Origin: a virus
Reading direction: 5' to 3' (one strand)
Virus record (IMG/VR): IMGVR_UViG_3300031652_000001
DNA length: 64,000 nucleotides
The position numbers and the translations under genes are program-made. The number at the start of each line of letters is the position of its first letter. Position 1 is the stretch's first letter. Below the pieces are notes generated by a model, which saw only the letters and a program-made list of their open reading frames with translations, searched no databases and was not told where the DNA came from. Positions 1 to 9,785 of the stretch are shown here, in pieces.

Positions 1-143
1 ACAACCTCCCCACGTTCTACCATTTGACTCTCAGCAAATCTGTCCCCAATTTTACGGAGACAAGTCCGGCAATACACCAAACCATCGACCATAACCGAAC
101 AACCAATACTCCTACATTTATGAATGTTTTTACCATTCGACAT
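1..143 (-). CDS. small Cys-rich (Zn-finger-like) hypothetical protein, runs off the window edge
   Basis: Own translation MSNGKNIHKCRSIGCSVMVDGLVYCRTCLRK...; AAGGA upstream of ATG at 143; not in the ORF track. Confidence 0.6.
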   Translation of the reverse strand, partial: MSNGKNIHKCRSIGCSVMVDGLVYCRTCLRKIGDRFAESQMVERGEV

Positions 144-188
144 CTTTCATCCTTTTTTACTGGTCCATTTGGTCCAATTTATCCATTC

Positions 189-830
189 TCAAAAAAAGTC
201 GTCATTACGTTTCATCATCAATACGTGATGACTCAATTGCGATCTATGAGCTTCCAGCTTTTCTTCTTCTTCCGCAACTTTTCTTTTTACTAATTCAATA
301 TCCCGCTTGGCATCACATACCAATCGTCTGAGTCGAGAATCCTCACAATTTGACTCGGTAATATACGACTTGAACGATGGTATCGAAAAGACATTCACCG
401 ACCGAATATACTCAGGTTCAACACCGACGGTCTGACCCTCTCCATCTAACCGGGTAAGCAAAGTGGTGAAATCTCCCCTTTCCACCATCGGCCCGATGTA
501 CTCAAACGGATACGAACTATTGTGACTCACAGCAAAGAAAGTACTACCCAATGGATACCCGGTAGCCCGAAACTTTGGTTCCAAGTTGAGACGTACCCCG
601 CGATCAACACACTCCTTTTCTGTCAAAAAGAAAACCGAATCATCCAGTATCATGCCATTATTGAGCTTCACAAAAACTCTGTCTCGATGATAGCGCGTCG
701 CCTTCCCAGAAATCATCCACAGCTTCTCAACAATATCAGAACAGATAACCCAAAACCGAAATCTCTTCCGGAAGAACACACGCTCTCCAACGATATTGGG
801 CTCAATACCGACCTCTATCATTTTCCACAT
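189..830 (-). CDS. hypothetical protein with C-terminal coiled coil
   Basis: 213-aa ORF with AGAGG RBS; ends in acidic/aromatic NDDFF. Confidence 0.75.
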   Translation of the reverse strand: MWKMIEVGIEPNIVGERVFFRKRFRFWVICSDIVEKLWMISGKATRYHRDRVFVKLNNGMILDDSVFFLTEKECVDRGVRLNLEPKFRATGYPLGSTFFAVSHNSSYPFEYIGPMVERGDFTTLLTRLDGEGQTVGVEPEYIRSVNVFSIPSFKSYITESNCEDSRLRRLVCDAKRDIELVKRKVAEEEEKLEAHRSQLSHHVLMMKRNDDFF

Positions 831-844
831 CCTCTCTGCTCAAC

Positions 845-911
845 GATCACTCTTTAATCAATAATCACTCGATGATCATCTGATCAATAATCACTCGATG
901 ATCAAATGATC
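845..911. repeat. 22-bp direct repeat (857-878, 883-904) within a GATC/TGATCA cluster
   Basis: ATCAATAATCACTCGATGATCA twice with a 26-bp period; five GATC in 67 bp, intergenic. Confidence 0.85.
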
Positions 912-918
912 ATCTCTT

Positions 919-1167
919 TCAACCATCTTTTCGGTGGTCTCCCTTCCCATCACGATCACAATCTTTGGGATCCCACCAGTGACCACAATATCCCCCCTCA
1001 TCCACTTCGAACCAAAACAGATTGGCCTCACATCTTGCCGGTAGACTTTCCCTACCATTCTCCGTCATAGAAGCAAACGAACCACAATTTTTGCACCGTT
1101 TCTCTGAGTCCGTATACCCCATCACAAGCTTTACTTGTTCAATGGCCACATACGGCAACCTTTTCAT
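919..1167 (-). CDS. small Cys-rich metal-binding protein
   Basis: CKNC...RC...GYCGHW pattern; start moved to MKRLPY to avoid overlap. Confidence 0.6.
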   Translation of the reverse strand: MKRLPYVAIEQVKLVMGYTDSEKRCKNCGSFASMTENGRESLPARCEANLFWFEVDEGGYCGHWWDPKDCDRDGKGDHRKDG

Positions 1168-1174
1168 TTTCACA

Positions 1175-1654
1175 TTACACCTCACGTCCATCTTCGAAAA
1201 ACAATAAAGTCCTTTCGGCAATCTCCTGAGCTTCCTCCATTGTTCCAAACACCGAACTCGGATAGACCCCGTCCATGTCCTTCTTCATACAAACATAGAC
1301 CAATGTCCAATATTCCTCCCCTTTTTCAGATGGACCACAAACATCAGAATATATCTCGAACAAAATCTTACCACCGAAGACACCATCTCTGACCCTCCCT
1401 TCTATATCCATGGTCACCGGATCAAACTCCCACCTTATCCGGGGAGCGGCCTCAATGGACCTAATATTTAGTACCCATGAATTCCCCTTCTTTCCCACAC
1501 CCGTGTCTTTGGAATAACGACCACCTGCCTCGTCGAACCAAAACTTTGGAGTCTCTCGAAGATAAACAATTTTAGACTCTCCAAGGGGAGATCTTGGATA
1601 TTCTCTATACTCCTCAATGGTACCTTTGAATGGAAAAATTTGTTCTTGTGTCAT
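1175..1654 (-). CDS. hypothetical protein
   Basis: 159-aa ORF, AGGAG RBS, AT-rich upstream region. Confidence 0.75.
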   Translation of the reverse strand: MTQEQIFPFKGTIEEYREYPRSPLGESKIVYLRETPKFWFDEAGGRYSKDTGVGKKGNSWVLNIRSIEAAPRIRWEFDPVTMDIEGRVRDGVFGGKILFEIYSDVCGPSEKGEEYWTLVYVCMKKDMDGVYPSSVFGTMEEAQEIAERTLLFFEDGREV

Positions 1655-1842
1655 TGTATTTTTCTCCTATTTATAATTTATTACATAACTAGGATAATTG
1701 CCAGGATAATTACAAGAAGATTATAAATACTTGATCTAAAAAATCAGCGGGGTGGCCCTCACAGTCTTTGATGTGCAATTCTCCACTCTTGCTATGTCTT
1801 TTAATTACAAAAATACTTAACAACATCTTTATTCCAAGACCA

Positions 1843-2034
1843 TCAATTTTGAGATGAGATAGGCTCAAGGATAAAGAATGGATGGCTACCACACCACTCA
1901 TATTCTGAAGTGATTGGCCAATATCTTTTACCTCTCAAGTTGTTTGCTTTTGGACTCTCACAACGACACTCACCATTTCGTGGTTCCCCATGCTGGGAAA
2001 AGGTTATCTGACAACAGACTGACCTCCTGGAGTC
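1843..2034 (-). pseudogene. start-less Cys-rich reading frame (GECRCESP...WP.T..EWCG.H)
   Basis: Open frame with a motif typical of small phage Cys proteins, but no in-frame start; lies in the -1 frame of the upstream gene end. Confidence 0.4.
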
Positions 2035-2513
2035 TCATCATTTGCATGGAACTTGAACACCCAATCGTTAAAGACGTCTGGATGTACAAAGCTCTCTATG
2101 AGCTTCTCAACGACATTCATGACTACCCCACTGTAAGAAGCCTTCATGAGATGGACGATAGACACTATCCTTTGGTCGATACTCACTATCCAACCACTCA
2201 CCTCATCCATGTACTGCATGTCAACACAGACGGTTTTTTTTAGTTTGTCGTGGATAGCCAAAGCCTTCATCCAGCACTCGTCATAATGAGCCTCCATGAC
2301 TTGCTCGATGTTCTCGATAGTGTCCTTTGTATACCCACCACCGTCCTTCTTTTCCATTTTGTTATCCTTTATCCTTGCAGGGCACATTGGACCACCCGGT
2401 ATCATTCCCGCCCTACAGATACCATCCTGGAGCCTCTGGATGAATGCTCCATATCCTCCTTCAGATGAAGGTAGGATCATCGCCTTTATCTTCACTGGTT
2501 TCTTCATATTCAA
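2004..2513 (-). CDS. hypothetical protein
   Basis: 169-aa ORF (likely start at MKKPVK). Confidence 0.7.
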   Translation of the reverse strand: MNMKKPVKIKAMILPSSEGGYGAFIQRLQDGICRAGMIPGGPMCPARIKDNKMEKKDGGGYTKDTIENIEQVMEAHYDECWMKALAIHDKLKKTVCVDMQYMDEVSGWIVSIDQRIVSIVHLMKASYSGVVMNVVEKLIESFVHPDVFNDWVFKFHANDETPGGQSVVR

Positions 2514-2683
2514 CTGTCACTGTTTTGCATTATCCCAAGGGATTTTTTGTCCCGCGAAAAACGGTCTTAGTTTCGACGCCGCAACCACGCGGCATCGAGT
2601 TCACCATCCAACAACTATGCTCGTTTCCTCTCTCTCCCCATCTGATAGAGACACGACTTGTCTTTCGTGACAAAAAAACATAC

Positions 2684-3217
2684 CTAACTGATCGAAGTTC
2701 TCATCCGTATGTTCAGTAGTTTCCTATGGATATAGTAAAAAGCCCACCGGTTCCACCGCGCATCCGATAATGCATTGTGTTCCTCTTCCTTATCAGTGTT
2801 CGGAATCTCAATGCCCATATCAACGGAAAGCTGCTTCACATCCATCGTCATCATCGGCATCCCGGCGGGAAGGTCTATCATCCGCCCAAACAGCCAACAG
2901 AGAGCAACGTGGTCATATGACGAATAATATCCCCACAACTCCACAGGACTCTTTTTCGACGGCGCCAAAAAACGCTTGACCTCATCACGCATCCGCTTCT
3001 TGGATACCCACAGCTCACTGGTTTCTCCAGGAAGCTGCGAAACGACATTCTCCTTCACCCAATCGTTGGCCCTGGTGAGATCGGCATCCCGGTTACACAG
3101 ATACAGCTCAGGACCATCACTCTGCTGAGTAACAATCCCAACACTGATCACCTCGATACTTCCAGGTTCTTCCATAAACTCAAAATCATAGAAAAACTTC
3201 CTCTTTTTATTCTCCAT
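2684..3217 (-). CDS. 3'-5' exoribonuclease, DEDDh (Rv2179c-like)
   Basis: FFYDFEF, WGYYSSYDHV, HNALSDARW motifs all intact. Confidence 0.88.
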   Translation of the reverse strand: MENKKRKFFYDFEFMEEPGSIEVISVGIVTQQSDGPELYLCNRDADLTRANDWVKENVVSQLPGETSELWVSKKRMRDEVKRFLAPSKKSPVELWGYYSSYDHVALCWLFGRMIDLPAGMPMMTMDVKQLSVDMGIEIPNTDKEEEHNALSDARWNRWAFYYIHRKLLNIRMRTSIS

Positions 3218-3470
3218 TGATTTGTTCCTTCCCACGACAAAACCTCTTTACGACTTCCCGGCTCGTCGTTTCAATTGCCCCATTCTTTACAGCTAAAGCC
3301 CTCTTGGTCTTGCAGATGTCATAATGGAGAAGAGTCCCTTTCTGTATCCACTTTCTATCAACACCAATGGCATCAGCCATCTCATTAAGCTCCTCAACTG
3401 TATCCGCCACCATGTGACACATAACCATTCGACCAAGAACATACTTTGATTCGTCTACATAGACCGTCAT
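3207..3470 (-). CDS. DUF4031-family protein
   Basis: MTVYVD...MCHMVADTVEEL..MA..IG...W.Q....HYDI....RA.AV..GA. Confidence 0.85.
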   Translation of the reverse strand: MTVYVDESKYVLGRMVMCHMVADTVEELNEMADAIGVDRKWIQKGTLLHYDICKTKRALAVKNGAIETTSREVVKRFCRGKEQINGE

Positions 3471-4018
3471 GCTCTTCTCCTGAAAAGCCTCCGAAAGATC
3501 TGCTCATTGATGTTCCCGAGAGACCACCGTGCCCGCTCAGCTTCCTCTATCGCCGTAACATCCTCCGAAGCACTCTCCGGAACAGTAATCTCGGCATGAG
3601 CAGCATATTGCCTCACATACAATGTCATGTCCGGCAACAATGCCTTTCCTGGATGGTTCACGATAGTATCGAGGAGCGAGAACAAAACCACATGCTGATG
3701 AGCTGAATTGTAGTTCCAAAACTCGATTGGTGTCATATCCGGAATACAAAGAAAGTCCAGTATCATGACCGCCATCGACCTCTTCTCCCGCCAAAGCCGC
3801 CATTTCGGACCATGTCTATCTGGTAAAGTTGCCTTTACCTCATCACTAACATTCGAAAAATCAGCCTCTTTGTTGAAGAGATGAAGTTTACGTCCCTTCT
3901 TGTCCTTCGCATCCAAAATAGCGATGCTCACGACATCAAATTTCCCCTTGTTTACTGTGAAATCGACACCATAAAAAAACCGACGTCTTTCACCATCTTT
4001 GCCCTTTTCTTTTCCCAT
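3467..4018 (-). CDS. degenerate paralogue of the Rv2179c-like exonuclease
   Basis: Aligns along its length to 2684-3217 (RRFFY, VVSI, L.N.EAD, WNYNSAHQHV, ARW) but lacks the catalytic D/E/D/H/D. Confidence 0.7.
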   Translation of the reverse strand: MGKEKGKDGERRRFFYGVDFTVNKGKFDVVSIAILDAKDKKGRKLHLFNKEADFSNVSDEVKATLPDRHGPKWRLWREKRSMAVMILDFLCIPDMTPIEFWNYNSAHQHVVLFSLLDTIVNHPGKALLPDMTLYVRQYAAHAEITVPESASEDVTAIEEAERARWSLGNINEQIFRRLFRRRA

Positions 4019-4096
4019 AATGGAAATCCTTTCCTCTTTACCGTTTCAGCCCACCAAAAAGCCCCCTGCCAAAACCGCTTTTCCATCAAATCTTGC

Positions 4097-4405
4097 TCAT
4101 ATTTTACCTCGTAAAAAGGCCCTCCACGCCTTCATGAGTTTGGTGTCTCCACTACTTGTCTCTGTCCAGCCAACCTCACCATCCTCCATTATTGTATACA
4201 TAGCTTCCCTCTTTGGTTTGCCTCTCTGGAATTCGACAATGATATACCCGATACCAAGACCAACCCCTATCAAAGCATCGCACACTCCGTTTTCGGAAAC
4301 AAAATCCTCTACGAGCTTCCGAGCCTTCTCCCAGCCAATAATAGAATCGAGAATAGTCTCATCCTCCCAATTATACCGACAGACCAATATACCAGTAAAA
4401 CTCAT
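4097..4405 (-). CDS. hypothetical protein
   Basis: 102-aa ORF, ATGA-coupled to upstream gene. Confidence 0.65.
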   Translation of the reverse strand: MSFTGILVCRYNWEDETILDSIIGWEKARKLVEDFVSENGVCDALIGVGLGIGYIIVEFQRGKPKREAMYTIMEDGEVGWTETSSGDTKLMKAWRAFLRGKI

Positions 4406-4569
4406 TTGTCCCTTCTGTCCCTTCTCGCCTCCCTTATGTCATCTCTGGCAAATACACTCTCCATCTCATCACATGGATCATCACCGGCACCACATACGCT
4501 CCCCAAACCATGATATGGACAAGGTATCCGATATCCACATACCTCCCCGAGCTCTTCAACGCTTGGCAT
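4402..4569 (-). CDS. small Cys-rich protein
   Basis: MPSVEELGEVCGYRIPCPYHG...C....PC; start revised from 4611 because 4556-4720 occupies that space. Confidence 0.5.
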   Translation of the reverse strand: MPSVEELGEVCGYRIPCPYHGLGSVCGAGDDPCDEMESVFARDDIREARRDRRDK

Positions 4570-4720
4570 CTTGCACCGACATGACCGCTTCCTGTTCTTC
4601 TTCCTCCCCATCGGTAAACAACTCCTTCCACGTCAATGGCTGATTAGAAGCCGCATCCAATTCACCCCTGTCCTCATAAAACATAATGTAAACGAATTCA
4701 TCTCGCCGAGTAACGAACAT
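4556..4720 (-). CDS. small acidic hypothetical protein (54 aa)
   Basis: Own translation MFVTRRDEFVYIMFYEDRGELD...AKR; TGATG coupling to upstream stop. Confidence 0.55.
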   Translation of the reverse strand: MFVTRRDEFVYIMFYEDRGELDAASNQPLTWKELFTDGEEEEQEAVMSVQDAKR

Positions 4721-5190
4721 CAAATACTATCAACAAAGTTCTGTATCAGCTCATCAACCAGATTTCCCCACATCTGAATCTCACTATACCCATAGACGAA
4801 CACGCCCTCGTCAACAATATTGATACCTTCAATTTCTTCCGTATCATCGTCAATATCGCCATTATCCTTGATTAATTTGTATCGACCATCAGGCCATACC
4901 ATCACCGCCTGTCCCTCAACTATCTCAGCTTGTATTTCTGACAAAAGCTCAGATACCTCATCCCTGAAAAGATCAGTAAGGCGCCGATACGCATCACCAT
5001 CTGAACTTTCCCGCATCGACCTCTCTTGTTCTGATATGAAATCGGAAACACTTCCTTCCACAGGAAATGAATCGCCATAGACAGTAAGTTTCGGCTTTCC
5101 ATCATCATCGACCAAAAGACCAAACAATGTTGGAGACATCGAAATAATCTTCCGTTTTTCTTTTCTGAGCAAATAAATTGCAGGTCTCAT
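4720..5190 (-). CDS. hypothetical protein
   Basis: 156-aa acidic ORF, ATGA coupling. Confidence 0.7.
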   Translation of the reverse strand: MRPAIYLLRKEKRKIISMSPTLFGLLVDDDGKPKLTVYGDSFPVEGSVSDFISEQERSMRESSDGDAYRRLTDLFRDEVSELLSEIQAEIVEGQAVMVWPDGRYKLIKDNGDIDDDTEEIEGINIVDEGVFVYGYSEIQMWGNLVDELIQNFVDSI

Positions 5191-5786
5191 TCTTCACATC
5201 CTTTCTCAGCAAGTGGACTCACCATGCCAGCCCAACCATCAAACCATCTTTTTCCCTCCACAATGTGCAACGGCAAAAACGGGTCAACACAAAACTGATT
5301 CCCAACCTGAATAATCTTCAAAACACGATAATACGTTATCCCTTTGTACGGCTTCTCCTTCACCCTCCAGAAACCAGAACGATCTGGACGAATATCCTCA
5401 CTATCCTCTCCATCAACCCGACGTCCAGTATTCAACTCGACCTGGACACAACGGTCATCCCATAACTCAATCATGTATAGGTCTTTTTCGTAGGTGATCT
5501 CTATCTCACGCTTGAATACCGACATAATCCAGCGCTGAAGATGATACATCCTTTCAAAATACGACTCCTCCAGGGTATCCACCAAAGGATTAGCCCTGGC
5601 TGTAAAAATCTTCACCCTCTGGCCATCGTCCAACCATTTATTGACGCAGTCTATCATCCGGACTATTGGAGCCCCAAAATGAGATGCACCCTTCCAGCCT
5701 TCATCAACGACCAAAACACCATCCAGATCCACCCCAATCCATGGGGTTGGATCATCTTTTTTGTTTGAAAAACCCATCTCAACCAC
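5187..5786 (-). CDS. HAD-superfamily phosphatase-like protein
   Basis: WIGVDLDGVL, KIFTAR, ELWDDR motifs. Confidence 0.8.
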   Translation of the reverse strand: MVEMGFSNKKDDPTPWIGVDLDGVLVVDEGWKGASHFGAPIVRMIDCVNKWLDDGQRVKIFTARANPLVDTLEESYFERMYHLQRWIMSVFKREIEITYEKDLYMIELWDDRCVQVELNTGRRVDGEDSEDIRPDRSGFWRVKEKPYKGITYYRVLKIIQVGNQFCVDPFLPLHIVEGKRWFDGWAGMVSPLAEKGCEE

Positions 5787-6390
5787 CTATCGATTTCATA
5801 ATCTTTTCTTCAATGTTCCAAGGGACAAACCAGAGCCCCTGTTTACCCGAACAGGGTATTGGCTGAGGAAGAAACCGAATATCACGCATCATCCACTGAT
5901 ACTGATTTTCAGCAGCCCATTTTGATACAGGATCTCCAGAAGGATCAAAATATCCAAACCGAGGAAGAATCTCCACTGTGCCAACAATACATCCAGTGAA
6001 AATACTATTGAACATCAACTCACCAAGGAGAATACCGTTCTCCTTATCATGAACTTCATGTTCAAAATTCAAGCCTTTGATACTCCGCTTCGCTATCCAT
6101 TTTATGCCAATAACATCACCATTATAATTGGTGATAAACTCCTCAACGATACCAGACCTTCTCGCCATCTTGACAACATTCATGTAGGCACCAAAAACCC
6201 GCTTACTTGTGGGACTCAAATGCCCTGCAATCTTCTTCCCTGCATGGAGAGCTATCCGCTTCCCCCTTATCAGCGATGGTGGTGGGTATCCTCGGTTCTC
6301 GACATCTTTCCCGAGGTGTCGAATCGCCCAAAGCCATTCCGGCCAAAATGTTAGACCCCTCATCCTTTCCCTCATCCTTTGTCCCTTCAA
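5779..6390 (-). CDS. ASCH-domain protein
   Basis: GLTFWPEW..AI...GKDVENR...RIALHAGK...GKQGLW. Confidence 0.85.
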   Translation of the reverse strand: MKGQRMRERMRGLTFWPEWLWAIRHLGKDVENRGYPPPSLIRGKRIALHAGKKIAGHLSPTSKRVFGAYMNVVKMARRSGIVEEFITNYNGDVIGIKWIAKRSIKGLNFEHEVHDKENGILLGELMFNSIFTGCIVGTVEILPRFGYFDPSGDPVSKWAAENQYQWMMRDIRFLPQPIPCSGKQGLWFVPWNIEEKIMKSIGG

Positions 6391-6575
6391 AACGCTCTTA
6401 TTCTGGCCTGGATATCACCAAGCCATTGCCGTTGTTTTCTCGATAACTCCTTGCGTTGAGCACCTATCTGATTTCTGACTGAAGCAATAAATTTTTCGTC
6501 ATCATCTGACAGCTCAAGCTTGTTGTTCAAAACCGCAATATCTATCTTCTTCAAAGTATCTACATCGGCCCACAT
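6387..6575 (-). CDS. hypothetical protein
   Basis: 62 aa with LS....FI.S......LS.KQ..WL pattern common in phage proteins. Confidence 0.6.
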   Translation of the reverse strand: MWADVDTLKKIDIAVLNNKLELSDDDEKFIASVRNQIGAQRKELSRKQRQWLGDIQARIRAF

Positions 6576-6798
6576 TTTAACTCACCGTTTCACATATATT
6601 GTAATACATCCTTTGGAACCCAACCCAAAACCGGGCAGCTTTCGTTCCGAGGTGGGCAAGTTTCTGAGATGTTTTCAACATGTTTCTGATCATACCAAAA
6701 GATGTCCGAAAAGGGTAAAAGTATTTAAAGAATCAACACTTTAATTACGATTTTACCCAAAAATCAAAATGGAAAAGATTCACAACCGCTTTGGAAAA

Positions 6799-7059
6799 TT
6801 ATCGGACTCTTTTTTTTAGCGCCGTAGCAATGTCAGAAATTTCCTTCATGAAAGAATCAATTTCCCCTTCCGTAGGGGTACGATCCATCTCCTGAAGGAC
6901 CTTAACGACAAACAGATCTCTGGCAGCTGAAATGCCACTTTCGACCTGTTGCGCCACCACATCATTGGCGATTTTTCTGATCACAGCCTTTGTTAATTGC
7001 GTCCTTGTCCGTTTTGGAACACTACTTTTGGTCGTCATCTGACCCTCCTTCAACATCAT
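6799..7059 (-). CDS. hypothetical protein
   Basis: Start revised to MMLKEG (AAGGA RBS). Confidence 0.6.
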   Translation of the reverse strand: MMLKEGQMTTKSSVPKRTRTQLTKAVIRKIANDVVAQQVESGISAARDLFVVKVLQEMDRTPTEGEIDSFMKEISDIATALKKRVR

Positions 7060-7591
7060 CTTTTCTTCCTTTTTCTTGTTTCCTCTGCTCGATGAGGAGA
7101 GCCTTTTCGAGTTCCTGATCAGAAATAAGCTCAAACTCCATGAGGATGGCCAAGCCACGACCATCAACAAAATCACCCAGCCAAGAAGCTTTTACAACAC
7201 CGGCCTTAATCGGAATTTCGACCTCTTCCTCGCCAACCTTCCTGACCAGAGCAGCACGATCCGCCTCTTCAGCAATCGCTTCAGCGTACTTGATCTTCAT
7301 ATCTGACATTTCAGTCTCGAAGGCTTTCCTGTTTTCAGGCTTAACGACAACCTGGACCTGACCCGATGGCGCCACCTGAGCCTCACCATACTTGGCCTGG
7401 ATCCCTCTTCTCTTATCCTCATACTGCAAGAATTCCGGACTCGCCTTGACGGCGAAATCGTAATCATCGATTCTTGCCTTCATTTTTGTCAAAATCCTGG
7501 CTATGTGAATTCTGTGCATCGGGTTTCGTGTACCAGCAAGGTCAACAATTACACCGTTTACCTCTTTGAGCCGATTGTTTTTGATCTTCAA
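7022..7591 (-). CDS. hypothetical helical protein
   Basis: 189 aa, TTG start with GGAGGAG RBS. Confidence 0.75.
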   Translation of the reverse strand: MKIKNNRLKEVNGVIVDLAGTRNPMHRIHIARILTKMKARIDDYDFAVKASPEFLQYEDKRRGIQAKYGEAQVAPSGQVQVVVKPENRKAFETEMSDMKIKYAEAIAEEADRAALVRKVGEEEVEIPIKAGVVKASWLGDFVDGRGLAILMEFELISDQELEKALLIEQRKQEKGRKDDVEGGSDDDQK

Positions 7592-7602
7592 AATCTCCTC
7601 CT

Positions 7603-9756
7603 CTACTTTTCCTCAAGCCAAAACTTCACTTCTCCTCGCTTGAGGCCATCTGCCCGCCTCATAGGGGGCAATGAATTAATGAAGGTGCTTCCATAGCCCT
7701 TCGTTATTAAACGCCTATCCAGAACCAACAGAACCCCCCTGTCATTCACGCTTCGTATGAGGCGTCCAGCTCCCTGCCTGAGCTGAAGAACTGCCCTTGG
7801 CACCGATACCTGAAAAAACGACTCCAGAAAGCCCCCCTTGGCCTCCTGTATCGCATCCAGGACCGGATCACCTGGAGCAGGGAAAGGAATCTTGTCTATC
7901 ACAACACAACTGAGAGCTTCACCGGGAACATCAACCCCAGCCCAAAAACTCTCAACTCCTAGAAGCACTGACGAAATGTCCTCTTTGAACATCCGTATCA
8001 GCTCCCGCCTCGGATATTCACCCTGTACCAATACCTGATATTCGAGGTTCACTTCATCACTACGGAGGTACTCCGCAACCGTCTTCAAAACCTGATACGA
8101 GGTAAAAAGGCCAAGTGTCCGTCCCTTGGCCTGGTCGATAATGACCCTTATTATTTTGGCAACCTTATCGGGATAAGTGTCTCGCTCTTTCGGATCTGGA
8201 GCATTGGCACTTAAAATCAAAAGAGCTTGCTTACGAAAATTGAAGGGGGAATCAACAACAATATCCTTCGACTTTCTCATCCCCATTTCGTCCTTTACGT
8301 AATCACAATTACCGTCTATTGCCATAGTTGCCGACGTGGCAATCGTAGACATCGTATTACTGTAAAGCTCCTTCCATAGAATATCAGACACATCCATGAG
8401 TCGCTTACACATCCGCAGACTTCCAGACCGGCCAAATTTCTCGACAAAATAAACACCGTTGGGATCGTCCAATGTAGAAAGCTCTTTAAGTTGATCACCA
8501 ATCTCTCTGGCATTCTTAGAGAGCTTCTTACATTCCATTTCAGCTTCCTGATTCAGCTGATTTCCGATGTCTTTCAGACTCGCTGCCAGATCAATCATCT
8601 CCAGGCTGAAGGACATAAACGGTACTTTCCGGTCATCCTTGATTCTAACCGCACCCATACTCTTCCCGTGGATCTGTCGCATCACCTCCTCGAACCTACG
8701 AAGGGACACCGTCACATCTCCAATCCTTTTTTCAGCCAACGAATGTTCATCGGGTGTCATTCCAGCACGGGCCTGATGTATCCTTTTGTTGAATTGGACG
8801 ATTATACGATTGATTCGATATATGGAAATCGTCCACCCAAAGAACGCTCTCGCAATCTCTGGTACCTTGTGTGCCTCGTCACAAATCAAATAGGCAAACG
8901 GTGGGAGAACAATATCCCTGTCGGTCGCCATCCTCATCAGGACCGCAGCAAACAGGAGATGATAATTCGATACGATCACGTGCATATCCTGGAGAGCCCT
9001 TTTCGCCCTCTCGGCAAAACACTCTGCTTTCCATGGACATCCGGATCCGAAACAATCATCAGCCGTAACAGAGACCTTGTTCCAAGTCTCCATATCTGGC
9101 TCAAATCGCAGATCACTCTTATCTCCAGTCTCTGTCTCCTTCGACCATTTACACAGCTCGACAAGGTCATCCGGCATTGATGGATAGAGGTCTTCCAACT
9201 CTATATCACCAGGTTTTTTCGCCTCACCAAACCTTCCCTGAGCAAACTCCTCTTTGAGCTTCTCTCTGTTTCTGACACAGAAATAATTATTCCGTCCCTT
9301 TACGAGGGTATAATTGAACTTCGTCGGAAGGATTTCTTGAAGTAACGGAAGATCCTTGTAAAAGAGCTGCTCTTGCAAGGCAATATTGGCTGTACAAACA
9401 ACCACACGCCTTCCATGTGTCACCGCATTTTTAATCGCTGGAATAAGGTACCCAAGCGACTTGCCAAGGCCCGTCGGTGCCTCAGCAACCAGATGGTGAC
9501 CCCCTTCCATTGCGGCATCAACTTCACTCGCAAGCTCGACTTGAGACGGCCTAACCTGATAACCATCGAATTTATTAGAGAGCAAACCAGTCTCTCCAAA
9601 TACATCAATGATGTTCCAGTCTACTTTGCCAATCAGCGTCTGTTCACTGGAAGCTGTCTCGTCCCACCTGGTATCTTCTTCTTCTATTGCTTCGAACTCT
9701 TTCGAGGGGGTTTCCATTCCCGGAAAAATCATCTGGTCATCATCCGTTTTACTCAT
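7603..9756 (-). CDS. dinG: DinG/YoaA-family ATP-dependent DNA helicase with Fe-S cluster
   Basis: EAPTGLGKS, KGRNNYFC...C....C.....C, DEAH, TSAT, SFWAGVDVPG, QGAGRLIRS. Confidence 0.95.
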   Translation of the reverse strand: MSKTDDDQMIFPGMETPSKEFEAIEEEDTRWDETASSEQTLIGKVDWNIIDVFGETGLLSNKFDGYQVRPSQVELASEVDAAMEGGHHLVAEAPTGLGKSLGYLIPAIKNAVTHGRRVVVCTANIALQEQLFYKDLPLLQEILPTKFNYTLVKGRNNYFCVRNREKLKEEFAQGRFGEAKKPGDIELEDLYPSMPDDLVELCKWSKETETGDKSDLRFEPDMETWNKVSVTADDCFGSGCPWKAECFAERAKRALQDMHVIVSNYHLLFAAVLMRMATDRDIVLPPFAYLICDEAHKVPEIARAFFGWTISIYRINRIIVQFNKRIHQARAGMTPDEHSLAEKRIGDVTVSLRRFEEVMRQIHGKSMGAVRIKDDRKVPFMSFSLEMIDLAASLKDIGNQLNQEAEMECKKLSKNAREIGDQLKELSTLDDPNGVYFVEKFGRSGSLRMCKRLMDVSDILWKELYSNTMSTIATSATMAIDGNCDYVKDEMGMRKSKDIVVDSPFNFRKQALLILSANAPDPKERDTYPDKVAKIIRVIIDQAKGRTLGLFTSYQVLKTVAEYLRSDEVNLEYQVLVQGEYPRRELIRMFKEDISSVLLGVESFWAGVDVPGEALSCVVIDKIPFPAPGDPVLDAIQEAKGGFLESFFQVSVPRAVLQLRQGAGRLIRSVNDRGVLLVLDRRLITKGYGSTFINSLPPMRRADGLKRGEVKFWLEEK

Positions 9757-9785
9757 TTTTTATCCTTTCGGCCCTTAATACTTGT

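Noticed and set aside
2560-2650. Hammerhead ribozyme (stem followed by GAAAC)
   Set aside because: The CUGANGA core is missing before the stem.
4554-4571. Fifth copy of the leader hairpin (AGATGC-CAA-GCG-TTG-AAG)
   Set aside because: Only a 3-bp stem, inside overlapping coding frames, with no matching promoter at the right distance.
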